Source: an uncultured Oscillospiraceae bacterium
GTDB taxonomy: Bacteria; Bacillota; Clostridia; Oscillospirales; Acutalibacteraceae
DNA length: 64,000 nt
Assembly (NCBI GenBank): GCA_958448165.1
Contig: CAUDCW010000004.1
Span: 63,130-127,129 of the forward strand
Direction of reading: 5' to 3'
Under the pieces are notes generated by a model. The model did no database searches, was not told where the DNA came from, and was given only the letters and a program-made list of their open reading frames with translations. Position 1 is the first letter of the stretch, and the number at the start of each line of letters is the position of its first letter. This document shows, one piece after another, positions 29,864-39,458 of this stretch. Made by a program: the position numbers and the translations under genes.

Positions 29864-30483
29864 ATCGCTGTGTAATAATTTCAGGAGCGCCGTCTGCTGA
29901 TATAGCTTTTTTTAAAAACCGCATATCCGATGATGATTTTGTCATCTGTGCCGACGCAGGCTATGTTTACGCCGTGAACGCAGGGATCACGCCTGATTTG
30001 ATTGTGGGTGATTTTGATTCCTCACCTGTACCGGATAACGATATTGAAACAATCATTCTGCCTGTGCATAAGGACGACACCGACACGATGTCTGCCGTGC
30101 GTGAGGGGATAAAAAGAGGCTGCGACCGTTTTGTTTTTCTTGCCGCAACAGGCGGCAGGGAGGACCACACCTTTGCTAACCTTTCTATTCTTCTTTATTT
30201 AAAGCACCGCAATTGTTCAGGTGAAATTCTTACGGATAAAACAAGGATTTTCATTGTCGAAAACGAGCAGGTAACCATTGAAAATCAGAAGGACAGGACC
30301 TTTTCAATTTTTCCTTTTGCCTGCAAAAGCTGCGGAGTTTCTCTTTCCGGCTTTTATTATCCTCTGTCTTGCTACACCTTAACGGCTGAATTTCCTCTTG
30401 GCGTAAGCAATGTTATAACATCGGACAAAGCGTCTGTAAATGTCAGCGGCGGAGCCGCAATAATCTGTATAACCGACCTGTGA
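29860..30483 (+). CDS. thiN: Thiamine diphosphokinase (thiamine pyrophosphokinase)
   Basis: MNRCVIISGAP...GDFDS...GGRED TPK motifs. Overlaps the rsgA stop. Confidence 0.8.
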   Translation: MNRCVIISGAPSADIAFFKNRISDDDFVICADAGYVYAVNAGITPDLIVGDFDSSPVPDNDIETIILPVHKDDTDTMSAVREGIKRGCDRFVFLAATGGREDHTFANLSILLYLKHRNCSGEILTDKTRIFIVENEQVTIENQKDRTFSIFPFACKSCGVSLSGFYYPLSCYTLTAEFPLGVSNVITSDKASVNVSGGAAIICITDL

Positions 30484-30518
30484 TATTATTTATTACTTGT
30501 GGTAACGGAGGTGAAAAA

Positions 30519-31223
30519 ATGTTTCTGCGTGTTTCAACAAAAAATATCAATAAATCTGATACGTTTTTCATTGAATGTGAGGGCAAGAAAAGACCGATAG
30601 ACAGATATTCTCCCACGGCTTCTTTTGACTGCGGCGAGCAGATAAACTGTCACGCAAATATTGAATTTGTTCCGCAAAATCTCACAATGCGACCGATAAA
30701 CCGTGTGATGTTTGTGCTTAAAGAGATAATAACCGCAATTTTGTTCTTCCTTGTTTTTGACAAGGGCGCATGGTACGAAAATATTGACCCGATAAGAATA
30801 AAGAAAAAAATTGCATTCAAGCCTTCGTCACCGCAGACAGGTGAGATGAGCTTTGAATTCAGCCGCAGCGTTTTTGATAAAGAAAAGGGCAGATACACAC
30901 TGCCGCAGCTTTTCGTGAGCACAAACGGCGTTATACTGACAGAGGAAATAGGGTATCTGCCGAACCTCGGCGGAGTTCAGCTTGGCTTTATCCACTATGT
31001 TTTTCAGATATCGGTGCCGTGTGCGGTGCTGTTTGCTCTTTGTGTAATCGGCATTATTTCTGCAATACAGCCAATGAATATGCCGCTGCTTGTTCTGCTT
31101 TCGGCTTGCAGCCTTGTTATCATCGGATTTGCCGTTGTTATGCTGTACCGCGGCTCAAAAATGAAGAAAAGTGTCGAAAACATAATTCTCCTGCAAATCA
31201 GAAAGCTAAGAAATAATTCCTGA
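30519..31223 (+). CDS. Hypothetical membrane protein (3 predicted TM)
   Basis: GGAGGTG RBS then MFLRVSTKN...; hydrophobic segments in the C-terminal half; no recognisable motif. Confidence 0.5.
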   Translation: MFLRVSTKNINKSDTFFIECEGKKRPIDRYSPTASFDCGEQINCHANIEFVPQNLTMRPINRVMFVLKEIITAILFFLVFDKGAWYENIDPIRIKKKIAFKPSSPQTGEMSFEFSRSVFDKEKGRYTLPQLFVSTNGVILTEEIGYLPNLGGVQLGFIHYVFQISVPCAVLFALCVIGIISAIQPMNMPLLVLLSACSLVIIGFAVVMLYRGSKMKKSVENIILLQIRKLRNNS

Positions 31224-31287
31224 ATTTGCAATACGGACAGTATGTTGATATAATATATACATTGCTCAGAGAACAAGGAGGTTTTAA

Positions 31288-31794
31288 ATGAAGTATTATT
31301 GCAATAAATGCCACAGGCTTTATGAGGACAAAAGAACTTGTCCGTCGTGCAAGAATGAAATTTTAACAAAGAAGATAAGCAATTCAAGCCCGGTTACAAC
31401 GGTAACTGCCTTTGGCATTGAAAAGGATAGAATAACTGCGGCGCTTGAGGACGCCGATATCCCATATGCAACAAGAGCCGACAAGAAGGAATCTTCTGCA
31501 AAGGCGGTAACCGGTGTTGACAACGCAAGATACCGCATTGAGGTGCCTTATTCATATTACGGCAAGGCTATGGAAATACTTATCGGCATAAACGCTGCCA
31601 ATCCCGACGAAACGGCGCCGGAGGATGAGCTTGAAATCGAGAACACGCCCGAAGCCGAGGAGTTTGAAGAAATGTCCTCGGGCAAGCGTATTGCCGTGAG
31701 AATAGTTTCGATAGTTCTCTTTATTCTTCTTGTTGCACTTGTTGTCGGCGGCGTTGATTTTATAACAGGTGCAATTAAAAATCTTTTCGTATGA
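31288..31794 (+). CDS. Hypothetical protein with N-terminal zinc ribbon (CxxC...CxxC), acidic linker and C-terminal TM anchor
   Basis: MKYYCNKCHRLYEDKRTCPSCKNE; C-terminal IVSIVLFILLVALVVGGV. Only a ~30-bp gap to metY suggests co-transcription. Confidence 0.55.
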   Translation: MKYYCNKCHRLYEDKRTCPSCKNEILTKKISNSSPVTTVTAFGIEKDRITAALEDADIPYATRADKKESSAKAVTGVDNARYRIEVPYSYYGKAMEILIGINAANPDETAPEDELEIENTPEAEEFEEMSSGKRIAVRIVSIVLFILLVALVVGGVDFITGAIKNLFV

Positions 31795-31825
31795 ATATAA
31801 ATAACTTGGAAATGAGGTTGAAATA

Positions 31826-33097
31826 ATGGACAAAAAATTAAGCACAATATGTGTGCAGGGCTGTTATGAGCCGGGTGACGGTGAACCGCGCGTAATACCG
31901 ATTGTGCAAAGCACAACATATAAATACAACAGCGCAGAAACAATGGGAAAGCTTTTTGACCTTGAAACAGACGGCTTTTTCTATACAAGGCTTGCCAACC
32001 CTACTCTTGATGCGGTGGAAAAGAAAATCGCCGCTCTTGAGGGCGGCGTGGGCGCAATGCTCACAGCATCGGGTCAGGCGGCTTCGATGATGTCGATAAC
32101 AAACATCTGTAAGGCAGGCGACCATGTTGTATGCGCCAGTGCAATCTACGGCGGCACATTCAATCTGTTCAACAAAACCCTTCGTGACTTGGGCATAGAA
32201 TTTACATTTATGAGCCCGACAGCCACAGAGGAAGAAATTATGGCGGCGTTCAAGGATAACACAAGAGCTGTTTTTACAGAGAGCCTTGCAAATCCGTCAC
32301 TTGTCGTAACCGACATTGAGATGTACGCACGCTGTGCGCACGCTCACAACGTACCTCTCATTGTTGACAACACCTTCCCGACGCCGATAAACTGCCGTCC
32401 GATTGAGTTCGGCGCAGACATTGTTGTTCACTCGACCACAAAGTATATGGACGGTCACGCAGTTGCGCTCGGCGGAGTAATTGTTGACAGCGGCAAGTTC
32501 GACTGGGTAAAGGGCGGCTACGAAATGCTGACAACGCCTGACGAAACCTACCACGGCGTTGTTTATACCGACACCTTCGGCAATGCGGCTTATATTGTTA
32601 AGGCGAGAGTGCATCTTATGAGGGATATGGGCGCACAGGCGGCTCCGATGAACGCATTTTTGCTGAATATCGGGCTTGAAACTCTGCACCTCAGAGTTCC
32701 CCGTCACTGTGACAATGCGCTTACACTTGCAAAGTTCCTTGATGAGAACGATAAAATAGAGTGGGTAAATTACCCCGGACTGGAGAATAATGAATATTAC
32801 AGCCTCGCTCAGAAATATATGCCGAACGGAAGCAGCGGTGTTGTTTCCTTCGGCGTCAGGGGCGGAAGAAAAGCCGCAGAAAAGCTGATGGAATCGCTCG
32901 AGCTTGCGGCGATGGTGGTTCACGTTGCCGACGCAAGAACAAGCGTTTTGCACCCGGCAAGCACAACACACAGGCAGATGACAGACGAGCAGCTTCACGA
33001 ATGTGGTATAAGCCCGAATATGATAAGACTGTCCGTCGGAATTGAAGATATTGACGATATACTTGCTGATTTCAAGCAGGCTCTGGAAAAGATTTGA
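31826..33097 (+). CDS. metY: O-acetylhomoserine aminocarboxypropyltransferase (PLP-dependent, Cys/Met-metabolism family)
   Basis: 423 aa; CVQGCYEPGDGEPRVIPIVQSTTYKY and HSTTKYMDGH (PLP-Lys) are typical of MetY/OAH sulfhydrylase. Confidence 0.85.
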   Translation: MDKKLSTICVQGCYEPGDGEPRVIPIVQSTTYKYNSAETMGKLFDLETDGFFYTRLANPTLDAVEKKIAALEGGVGAMLTASGQAASMMSITNICKAGDHVVCASAIYGGTFNLFNKTLRDLGIEFTFMSPTATEEEIMAAFKDNTRAVFTESLANPSLVVTDIEMYARCAHAHNVPLIVDNTFPTPINCRPIEFGADIVVHSTTKYMDGHAVALGGVIVDSGKFDWVKGGYEMLTTPDETYHGVVYTDTFGNAAYIVKARVHLMRDMGAQAAPMNAFLLNIGLETLHLRVPRHCDNALTLAKFLDENDKIEWVNYPGLENNEYYSLAQKYMPNGSSGVVSFGVRGGRKAAEKLMESLELAAMVVHVADARTSVLHPASTTHRQMTDEQLHECGISPNMIRLSVGIEDIDDILADFKQALEKI

Positions 33098-33101
33098 TTT
33101 A

Positions 33102-33764
33102 ATGATTGATTTTAAACGTTTAACAATAGTGCTTGGGCATTACGGCTGCGGCAAAACAAATTTGTCGCTCAATATTGCCCTCGATTTAGCCGCAAGAGGT
33201 AAAAGGGTGACGATAGCCGACCTTGACGTTGTCAACCCTTACTTCCGCACAGGCGACTATAAAGAGCTTTTGCAGGCGAAGGGGATAAAGGTTGTCGCTC
33301 CTGTGTTTGTTTCGACAAACCTTGACAATCCGTCACTGCCTGCCTCTATGGACTCGATATTTGAAAATCGTGATGATTATGTTGTTGTCGATGTCGGCGG
33401 CGACGATGCCGGTGCATACGCACTGGGCAGGTATGCCAAAAAAATCAATGCGCATCCCGACAAGGATATTTTCTATGTTGTCAACAAGTTCCGTTCACTT
33501 ACATCAACCCCGTCTGAATGTGCGGAAATCCTGTATGAGATAGAAAACGCCGCAAGGATAAAAGCAACGGCAGTTGTCAACAATTCTCATCTTCAGCATC
33601 TCACGACAAAAGAGGATATCTTGTCCTCAATGAATTTTGCAAGGCAGACAGCCGATATTCTGAAGCTGCCGCTTGCTTTTACAACTGCCAAGTCAGAAAT
33701 TTTCAGCGAACTTAACTCTGAACGCCTTTATAAGGTGGAGCAGATTGTTAAGCCTCCGTTTTGA
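33102..33764 (+). CDS. P-loop NTPase of unknown function (MinD/CobQ-like fold)
   Basis: MIDFKRLTIVLGHYGCGKTNLSLNIALDLAARGKRVTIADLD; true start is downstream of the track's 33042 because that overlaps metY. Confidence 0.5.
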   Translation: MIDFKRLTIVLGHYGCGKTNLSLNIALDLAARGKRVTIADLDVVNPYFRTGDYKELLQAKGIKVVAPVFVSTNLDNPSLPASMDSIFENRDDYVVVDVGGDDAGAYALGRYAKKINAHPDKDIFYVVNKFRSLTSTPSECAEILYEIENAARIKATAVVNNSHLQHLTTKEDILSSMNFARQTADILKLPLAFTTAKSEIFSELNSERLYKVEQIVKPPF

Positions 33765-33801
33765 AAAATATAATTATTAATGTGATTGGAGGTAAAGTGT
33801 T

Positions 33802-34008
33802 ATGGCAAAAATTACCGTTAATGAAAATCTTTGCAAGGGTTGTGAGCTTTGTGTAAACTCATGTCCGAAGCATATCATTGCGCTTAAGCTTGATGTAATC
33901 AACGCCAAGGGCTATCATCCCGCTTCTCTAATTAACGAGGAGGAATGTATAGGCTGCAAGGCGTGCGCTACAATGTGCCCCGATCTTGCAATAACGGTTG
34001 AAAGATAA
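33802..34008 (+). CDS. 4Fe-4S ferredoxin-type delta subunit of 2-oxoacid:ferredoxin oxidoreductase
   Basis: Two CxxCxxCxxxCP motifs in 68 aa. Confidence 0.85.
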   Translation: MAKITVNENLCKGCELCVNSCPKHIIALKLDVINAKGYHPASLINEEECIGCKACATMCPDLAITVER

Positions 34009-34080
34009 TCAGGAGGTATCTGAAAACTCAGAAAGCATTTTTCTATTTTCAGATGTTTCCAAACGAAAGGAAAGGTTACA

Positions 34081-35142
34081 ATGGCAGAAAGATTTTTAAT
34101 GAAGGGTAACGAAGCTCTTGCCGAAGCCGCCATTCAGGCAGGCTGCCGCCATTTCTTCGGTTATCCTATAACTCCTCAGACAGAGCTTGCCGCCTATATG
34201 TCAAAGAAAATGCCAAAAATCGGCGGTACATATCTTCAGGCTGAGTCTGAGCTTGCGGCTGCAAATATGGTTCTGGGCTGTGCAAGCGCAGGCTGCAGAG
34301 CGATGACATCGTCAAGCTCGCCGGGAATCAGCCTTAAAACAGAGGCTATTTCTTATATGGCAGGCTCGGACGTACCGGCGCTTATCATAAATGTTCAGAG
34401 AGGCGGTCCGGGTCTTGGCGGAATTCAGCCGTCACAGGCTGACTACTGGCAGGCTACAAAGGCAACAGGTCACGGCGATTTCCAGATTCTTGTTTTTGCT
34501 CCTGCAACTGTTCAGGAAATGGTAAACCTTGTCGGCAAGGCTTTTGATCTCGGCGACAAATACAGAATGCCGGCTATGATTTTAGCCGACGGTATGCTCG
34601 GTCAGATGATGGAGCCTGTTGAAATTCCCGACGGCAGCAATATCGAGCTTCCCGAAAAGCCTTGGGCAACCAACGGACATCAGAACAAGAGAAAGCACAA
34701 TATCATAAATTCGCTTTATCTCACACCGCAGGCGCTTGAACAGCTTGTTAAAGAGAGATTTGAGAGATACGAGATTATAAAGCAGAACGAGCAGATGGCA
34801 GAGGAATATCTCGCAGATGACGCCGATATCATTGTTGTGGCATACGGTGCGTCTGCAAGAGTTTCGCACAGTGCCGTTGACGCTGCAAGAGCACAGGGCA
34901 TCAAGGCAGGTCTTATCCGCCCGATAACACTCTGGCCGTTCCCGACCGACGTTATCAGCAAGGCGGCAACGCACGCAAAGGCATTTTTAAGCGTTGAAAT
35001 GTCAATGGGACAGATGGTTGACGACGTTAAGCTTGCAATCAACTGCTCAAAGCCGGTATCTTTCTACGGCAGAACAGGCGGTATGATCCCGACGCCTGAT
35101 GAGATTTTACAAGAGATTATTAAGCTTGGAGGCGAAAAATAA
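34081..35142 (+). CDS. 2-oxoacid:ferredoxin oxidoreductase alpha subunit (KorA/VorA/PorA-like)
   Basis: MAERFLMKGNEALAEAAIQAGCRHFFGYPITPQTE is the conserved N-terminus of this family. Confidence 0.85.
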   Translation: MAERFLMKGNEALAEAAIQAGCRHFFGYPITPQTELAAYMSKKMPKIGGTYLQAESELAAANMVLGCASAGCRAMTSSSSPGISLKTEAISYMAGSDVPALIINVQRGGPGLGGIQPSQADYWQATKATGHGDFQILVFAPATVQEMVNLVGKAFDLGDKYRMPAMILADGMLGQMMEPVEIPDGSNIELPEKPWATNGHQNKRKHNIINSLYLTPQALEQLVKERFERYEIIKQNEQMAEEYLADDADIIVVAYGASARVSHSAVDAARAQGIKAGLIRPITLWPFPTDVISKAATHAKAFLSVEMSMGQMVDDVKLAINCSKPVSFYGRTGGMIPTPDEILQEIIKLGGEK

Positions 35143-35897
35143 TGGCAGTTGTTTTTGAAAAGCCGCACGCACTTACAGATGCTCCGTTTCATTACTGCCC
35201 CGGCTGCACACACGGCATTATTCACCGTCTTGTTGCCGAGGTTATTGACGAGCTGGGCGTTGAGGGCAAAACAGTCGGTGTTTCACCGGTTGGCTGCGCC
35301 GTTATGAACTATGATTATTTTAACTGTGATATGGTCGAGGCTCCGCACGGCAGAGCGCCGGCTGTTGCAACGGGTCTTAAAAGAGCAAAGCCCGACAACG
35401 TAATCTTTACATATCAGGGCGATGGCGACCTTGCCGCTATCGGTACGGCTGAAACGGTTCACGCCGCCACAAGAGGCGAGAATATCACCGTTATATTTGT
35501 AAACAACACAATCTACGGTATGACAGGCGGTCAGATGGCTCCGACATCACTGCCGGGTCAGGTAACGCAGACAACTCCTTACGGACGTGACGTCAACACA
35601 GCCGGCTACCCGGTAAGAGTGTGTGAGATGCTCTCAACACTTGACGGTGTTGCACTTGCACAGCGTGTTGCCGTTGACTGCGTAAAGAATGTAAACGCCG
35701 CAAAAAAAGCTATCAAGAAGGCGTTCCAGAATCAGATAGACAAAAAGGGCTTCTCAATTGTCGAGGTGCTTTCAACCTGCCCGACAAACTGGGGCTTGTC
35801 GCCTGTTGAGGCTCTTGACTGGCTCAGAGAAAAGATGATTCCGTATTATCCTCTCGGAGTTTATAAAGACGGGGAGAAGGGAGACAGACTGAAATGA
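35142..35897 (+). CDS. 2-oxoacid:ferredoxin oxidoreductase beta subunit (TPP-binding)
   Basis: CPGCTHG and GDGD TPP-binding motifs. Confidence 0.85.
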   Translation: MAVVFEKPHALTDAPFHYCPGCTHGIIHRLVAEVIDELGVEGKTVGVSPVGCAVMNYDYFNCDMVEAPHGRAPAVATGLKRAKPDNVIFTYQGDGDLAAIGTAETVHAATRGENITVIFVNNTIYGMTGGQMAPTSLPGQVTQTTPYGRDVNTAGYPVRVCEMLSTLDGVALAQRVAVDCVKNVNAAKKAIKKAFQNQIDKKGFSIVEVLSTCPTNWGLSPVEALDWLREKMIPYYPLGVYKDGEKGDRLK

Positions 35898-36430
35898 GCA
35901 AAAATTATAATATGATTCTTGCCGGCTTCGGCGGACAGGGCATACTCTTTGCAGGAAAGGTTATAGCCTACGGCGGACTTTTTGACGAAAAGGAAATTTC
36001 GTGGCTTCCGTCATACGGTCCGGAGATGAGAGGCGGCACTGCAAACTGCAGCGTTTGTATATCCGACAAGGCAATCGGTTCTCCGCTTGTTACGGCTCCC
36101 GATACACTTATCGCAATGAATCTTCCGTCATTTGATAAATTTATCGACAGCGTTAAGCCGGGCGGCACGGTTGTTGTTGACAGCTTCCTTATCGACAAAA
36201 AGGTCGAGCGTGACGATGTGAATGTTTATTATGTTCCTGCAACAAAGCTTGCAGAGGAAAACGGACTCAAGGGCCTTGCAAACATCATTCTTGTCGGCAA
36301 GCTGTTCAAGGAAACAGGCTTCTGCACAGAGGAGTCGCTTTACAAGGCGATTGAGAAGTGTGTTCCGGCACGAAAAGCCAATATGCTTGATGCAAACAAA
36401 AATGCAATAAAGCTTGGTATGGAGCAATAA
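35894..36430 (+). CDS. 2-oxoacid:ferredoxin oxidoreductase gamma subunit
   Basis: MILAGFGGQGILFAGK motif; overlapping start/stop with the beta subunit. Confidence 0.85.
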   Translation: MSKNYNMILAGFGGQGILFAGKVIAYGGLFDEKEISWLPSYGPEMRGGTANCSVCISDKAIGSPLVTAPDTLIAMNLPSFDKFIDSVKPGGTVVVDSFLIDKKVERDDVNVYYVPATKLAEENGLKGLANIILVGKLFKETGFCTEESLYKAIEKCVPARKANMLDANKNAIKLGMEQ

Positions 36431-36431
36431 A

Positions 36432-37085
36432 ATGATAAAGCCATCCTGTGTGTTATGGGATTATAACGGCACTCTTATTGACGATGTAGGCACTGCGCTT
36501 GAATCTGTCAACGATATGCTCAGAAAAAGAGATATGCCGTGTATCAATATGGAACAGTATAAAAGCTATATCGACACACCGATATCAAAGTTCTACGAGC
36601 ATCTTTTTGATTTGAACGAGATTCCTTTTGATATCATAGCAAATGAATTTGCTGTCGGCTATGAAAAGCACATCGCCGCCGACCCGGTGATGGATGGTGC
36701 AAAGGAGCTTCTTGGATATTTCTCGGCACAAGGCGCTTTTCAGGCGATTGTTTCAGGCTCACAGCAAAGTGTTATTGAAAACGGCGCAAAGCGATACGGC
36801 TTGTATGATTATTTTGATTTGATTTCCGGCGCAGACGACCGCTACGTTCACAGCAAGGTTAAAAGAGCAGAAAATATAGCAAGACTCCGCTGTAAGAGCA
36901 GTGACGAGATTCTCGTTATCGGCGACTGTGTTCAGGATTTTGAGGTGTCAAAGGCTCTTGGAGCACAGTGTATATTGCTGACGGCAGGCCACCAGAGCCG
37001 CAGCGATTTGCAACAGACAGGAGCAACGGTTGTTGACAGCCTCTTGGAGATCAAGGATATCATTGGAAGAGGAAAAATAATATAA
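36432..37085 (+). CDS. HAD-like hydrolase (motif I reads DYNGT)
   Basis: MIKPSCVLWDYNGTLIDD...; HAD fold with Asn at the second Asp position of motif I. Confidence 0.65.
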   Translation: MIKPSCVLWDYNGTLIDDVGTALESVNDMLRKRDMPCINMEQYKSYIDTPISKFYEHLFDLNEIPFDIIANEFAVGYEKHIAADPVMDGAKELLGYFSAQGAFQAIVSGSQQSVIENGAKRYGLYDYFDLISGADDRYVHSKVKRAENIARLRCKSSDEILVIGDCVQDFEVSKALGAQCILLTAGHQSRSDLQQTGATVVDSLLEIKDIIGRGKII

Positions 37086-37091
37086 ACTTTT

Positions 37092-37128
37092 ATCACCGCA
37101 CAGACTGCTTGTGCGGTGATTTGCTGTG
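37092..37128 (+). terminator. Rho-independent terminator after the kor/HAD operon
   Basis: ATCACCGCACAGACTGCTTGTGCGGTGAT hairpin followed by TTGCTGTG. Confidence 0.5.
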
Positions 37129-37206
37129 CATATACAGTGCTTTTCGACAGATTTGCGGCAGTGCTTGAAAAAGCCATATTGTAATGCTAAAATAATATGG
37201 GTGATT

Positions 37207-38472
37207 ATGATGAATCTTAACCTGAAAAAGCATATATACACGATAAGGGATTTTTCCCTTGCTTTTTTAAAGTGGGTGCTTGTTGCGGCTCTGTGCGGAG
37301 CAATCGGCGGTCTTATCGGTGCGGCGTTTGACAAAAGCGTAGGCTTTGTTTCAGACCTTTTCGGCACATATTCATGGCTGCTTTACCTGCTGCCGCTCGG
37401 CGGTGTTGTTATAGTGTTTTTGTACCGCATTTGCAAAATGGACGAAAGCGTGGGTACAAATAATATCATCAATTCTGTAAGAACAGGCAACGGCGTGCCT
37501 ATAATTTTAGCACCGCTGATTTTTGTCAGCACAGTTATCACTCATCTTTTCGGCGGCTCGGCAGGACGTGAGGGTGCGGCTTTGCAGCTTGGCGGTACGC
37601 TCGGCGCAAAAATCGGCACTCAGCTTAAAATGAAGCAGAAGGATGAGAATATAGCCATAATGTGCGGTATGAGCGCAGTTTTTTCGGCTTTGTTCGGTAC
37701 TCCGGTTACGGCGTCGGTATTGGCGATGGAGGTTACAAGCGTAGGCGTTATGTATTACGCAGGCTTTCTGCCGTGTGTGTTTTCGTCGGTTATCTCCGTC
37801 AGCGTGTCCTCGTTTTTCGGTGTGAAGCCGTTTGCACTCAGAATTATGTCTGTGCCCGACTTTAATATTATTGCGGCGCTTCAGGTTCTTGCGATAGCCG
37901 CAGTGTGCGCCGGAGTGAGCATTGTGTTCTGCTTTGTTATGAAAACGGCTCACAAATATGCAGTGCGTTATTTGAAAAATCAGTATATTCGAGCCATAGT
38001 AGGCGGCTGTGTGATAATTTTGCTGACGCTCATTCTGAATACAAGAGATTATAACGGCATCGGCGTGAGTGTTATCGAGCAAGCTGTAAATCTGGGTCAG
38101 GTCAGGCCCGAGGCTTTTGCGCTGAAGCTGATATTTACCGTGATAACAATCAGCAGCGGCTACAAGGGCGGCGAAATTGTCCCGACATTTTTCATCGGCG
38201 CAACACTCGGCGGTCTTGTCGGCTCTCTTATCGGCGCTGATATCAGCTTTGCCGCCGCAATCGGCTTGATTTCGCTTTTCTGCGGCGTCACAAACTGTCC
38301 GATAGCGTCACTGATTTTAAGCGTTGAAATTTTCGGTGCGCAGGGCATACTTTATTTCGTCCTCGCCTGTGCAGTCAGCTATATGCTGTCGGGTTATTAC
38401 GGGCTTTACAGCAGTCAGAAAATTATGTATTCAAAGCTCAGAGCGGAGCTTATCAATATCAACACAAAGTAA
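37207..38472 (+). CDS. ClC-family voltage-gated chloride channel / H+-Cl- antiporter
   Basis: GGSAGREGAALQLGG selectivity-filter motif; about 10 TM helices. Confidence 0.85.
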   Translation: MMNLNLKKHIYTIRDFSLAFLKWVLVAALCGAIGGLIGAAFDKSVGFVSDLFGTYSWLLYLLPLGGVVIVFLYRICKMDESVGTNNIINSVRTGNGVPIILAPLIFVSTVITHLFGGSAGREGAALQLGGTLGAKIGTQLKMKQKDENIAIMCGMSAVFSALFGTPVTASVLAMEVTSVGVMYYAGFLPCVFSSVISVSVSSFFGVKPFALRIMSVPDFNIIAALQVLAIAAVCAGVSIVFCFVMKTAHKYAVRYLKNQYIRAIVGGCVIILLTLILNTRDYNGIGVSVIEQAVNLGQVRPEAFALKLIFTVITISSGYKGGEIVPTFFIGATLGGLVGSLIGADISFAAAIGLISLFCGVTNCPIASLILSVEIFGAQGILYFVLACAVSYMLSGYYGLYSSQKIMYSKLRAELININTK

Positions 38473-38490
38473 TTCAAGGGGGTTGCTGCA

Positions 38491-39402
38491 ATGAAGTATA
38501 TTAATTTCGGCGGTAAAAGCGTTTCATCGGTTGTTATGGGTTGTATGCGGATTAATCAGATGAACCGCAGTGAGGCTTTTTCTCTGATTGATGCGGCGGT
38601 GGAGCTTGGTATAAATCACTTTGACCATGCGGATATTTACGGCGGCGGAGAGTGTGAAAGCATCTTCGGCGAGTATATGCTAAGAAACCCGTCAAATAGG
38701 GATAAGCTTTTTATCCAGAGTAAATGCGGAATAAGAGAAGGGTACTATGATTTTTCGGGAGAGCATATTTTAAAAAGCGTGGAGCAAAGCCTGAACCGGC
38801 TTCATATCGACAGCCTTGACTGCCTTTTGCTGCACCGTCCCGACGCCCTTTTTGAGCCTGAGGAAATCGCACAGACCTTTGAACGTCTTTTCACGGACGG
38901 CAAGGTGAAAGCCTTTGGTGTCAGCAATATGAATTCAATGCAGCTTGAGCTGCTCCGAAAATACGTCAAGGCTCCAATAATTGCAAATCAGCTTCAATTC
39001 GGACCGATGTTCGCCGGTATGATTGACTTTGCCTTAAATGAAAATATGACAAAGCCGGAGTCTGTTGACCGGGACGGAATGATACTTGACTATTGCCGCT
39101 TGAACAATATCACAATACAGGCGTGGTCGCCGTTTCAGTACGGCTTCTTTGAGGGCGTATTTGTTGATAACGATAAGTTCCCACTTCTTAACGAATGCCT
39201 TGGGAATATCGCCGAGATTTACGGCGTGACGAAAAACGCCGTGGTTAGTGCATGGGTTCTTCGCCATCCGGCGAATATGCAGATAATCGCCGGTACAACA
39301 AAAATCAACAGGCTTGCGGAGATTGCACAGGGAGCAGACATCACCCTGACGAGGAAGCAATGGTACGAAATATACACCGCAACGGGAAAAACACTGCCGT
39401 AA
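38491..39402 (+). CDS. Aldo/keto reductase
   Basis: INHFDHADIYGGGECE AKR motif; about 300 aa. Confidence 0.85.
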   Translation: MKYINFGGKSVSSVVMGCMRINQMNRSEAFSLIDAAVELGINHFDHADIYGGGECESIFGEYMLRNPSNRDKLFIQSKCGIREGYYDFSGEHILKSVEQSLNRLHIDSLDCLLLHRPDALFEPEEIAQTFERLFTDGKVKAFGVSNMNSMQLELLRKYVKAPIIANQLQFGPMFAGMIDFALNENMTKPESVDRDGMILDYCRLNNITIQAWSPFQYGFFEGVFVDNDKFPLLNECLGNIAEIYGVTKNAVVSAWVLRHPANMQIIAGTTKINRLAEIAQGADITLTRKQWYEIYTATGKTLP

Positions 39403-39430
39403 TACGCCTTGACTGTGCCTTTTTGACAAT

Positions 39431-39458
39431 TTACTTTTTTACGGCTATGTGATATAAT
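39431..39458 (+). promoter_or_regulatory. Candidate promoter (TTACTT-16-TGaTATAAT) for the glycosyltransferase gene
   Basis: Extended -10 TGATATAAT ending at 39458. A perfect TTGACA at 39423 is spaced too far (24 nt), so the -35 assignment is uncertain. Confidence 0.4.

Noticed and set aside
31224-31830. SAM riboswitch or T-box leader upstream of metY, and a T-box upstream of leuB (47508-47588)
   Set aside because: The gaps are too short (31 bp before metY), or they lack specifier/T-box or SAM-I conserved cores.
33042-33101. Track ORF start at 33042 for the P-loop protein overlapping metY by 56 bp
   Set aside because: The in-frame ATG at 33102 (MIDFKRL...) directly after the metY stop is the more plausible start.
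37086-37208. Possible fluoride (crcB-motif) riboswitch upstream of the ClC channel gene
   Set aside because: The region holds a terminator hairpin and an A/T-rich promoter-like stretch. It has none of the conserved crcB-motif elements (no GGnGAUGG...CUGAUGAUGCCUAC-like pattern).
37507-38082. 191-aa minus-strand ORF antisense to the ClC gene. Similar antisense ORFs at 47597-48013, 51768-52208, 3155-3445, 21490-22016 and elsewhere
   Set aside because: They lie entirely inside well-supported genes on the other strand and have low-complexity or Arg/Ser-rich composition typical of antisense frames. They are spurious.
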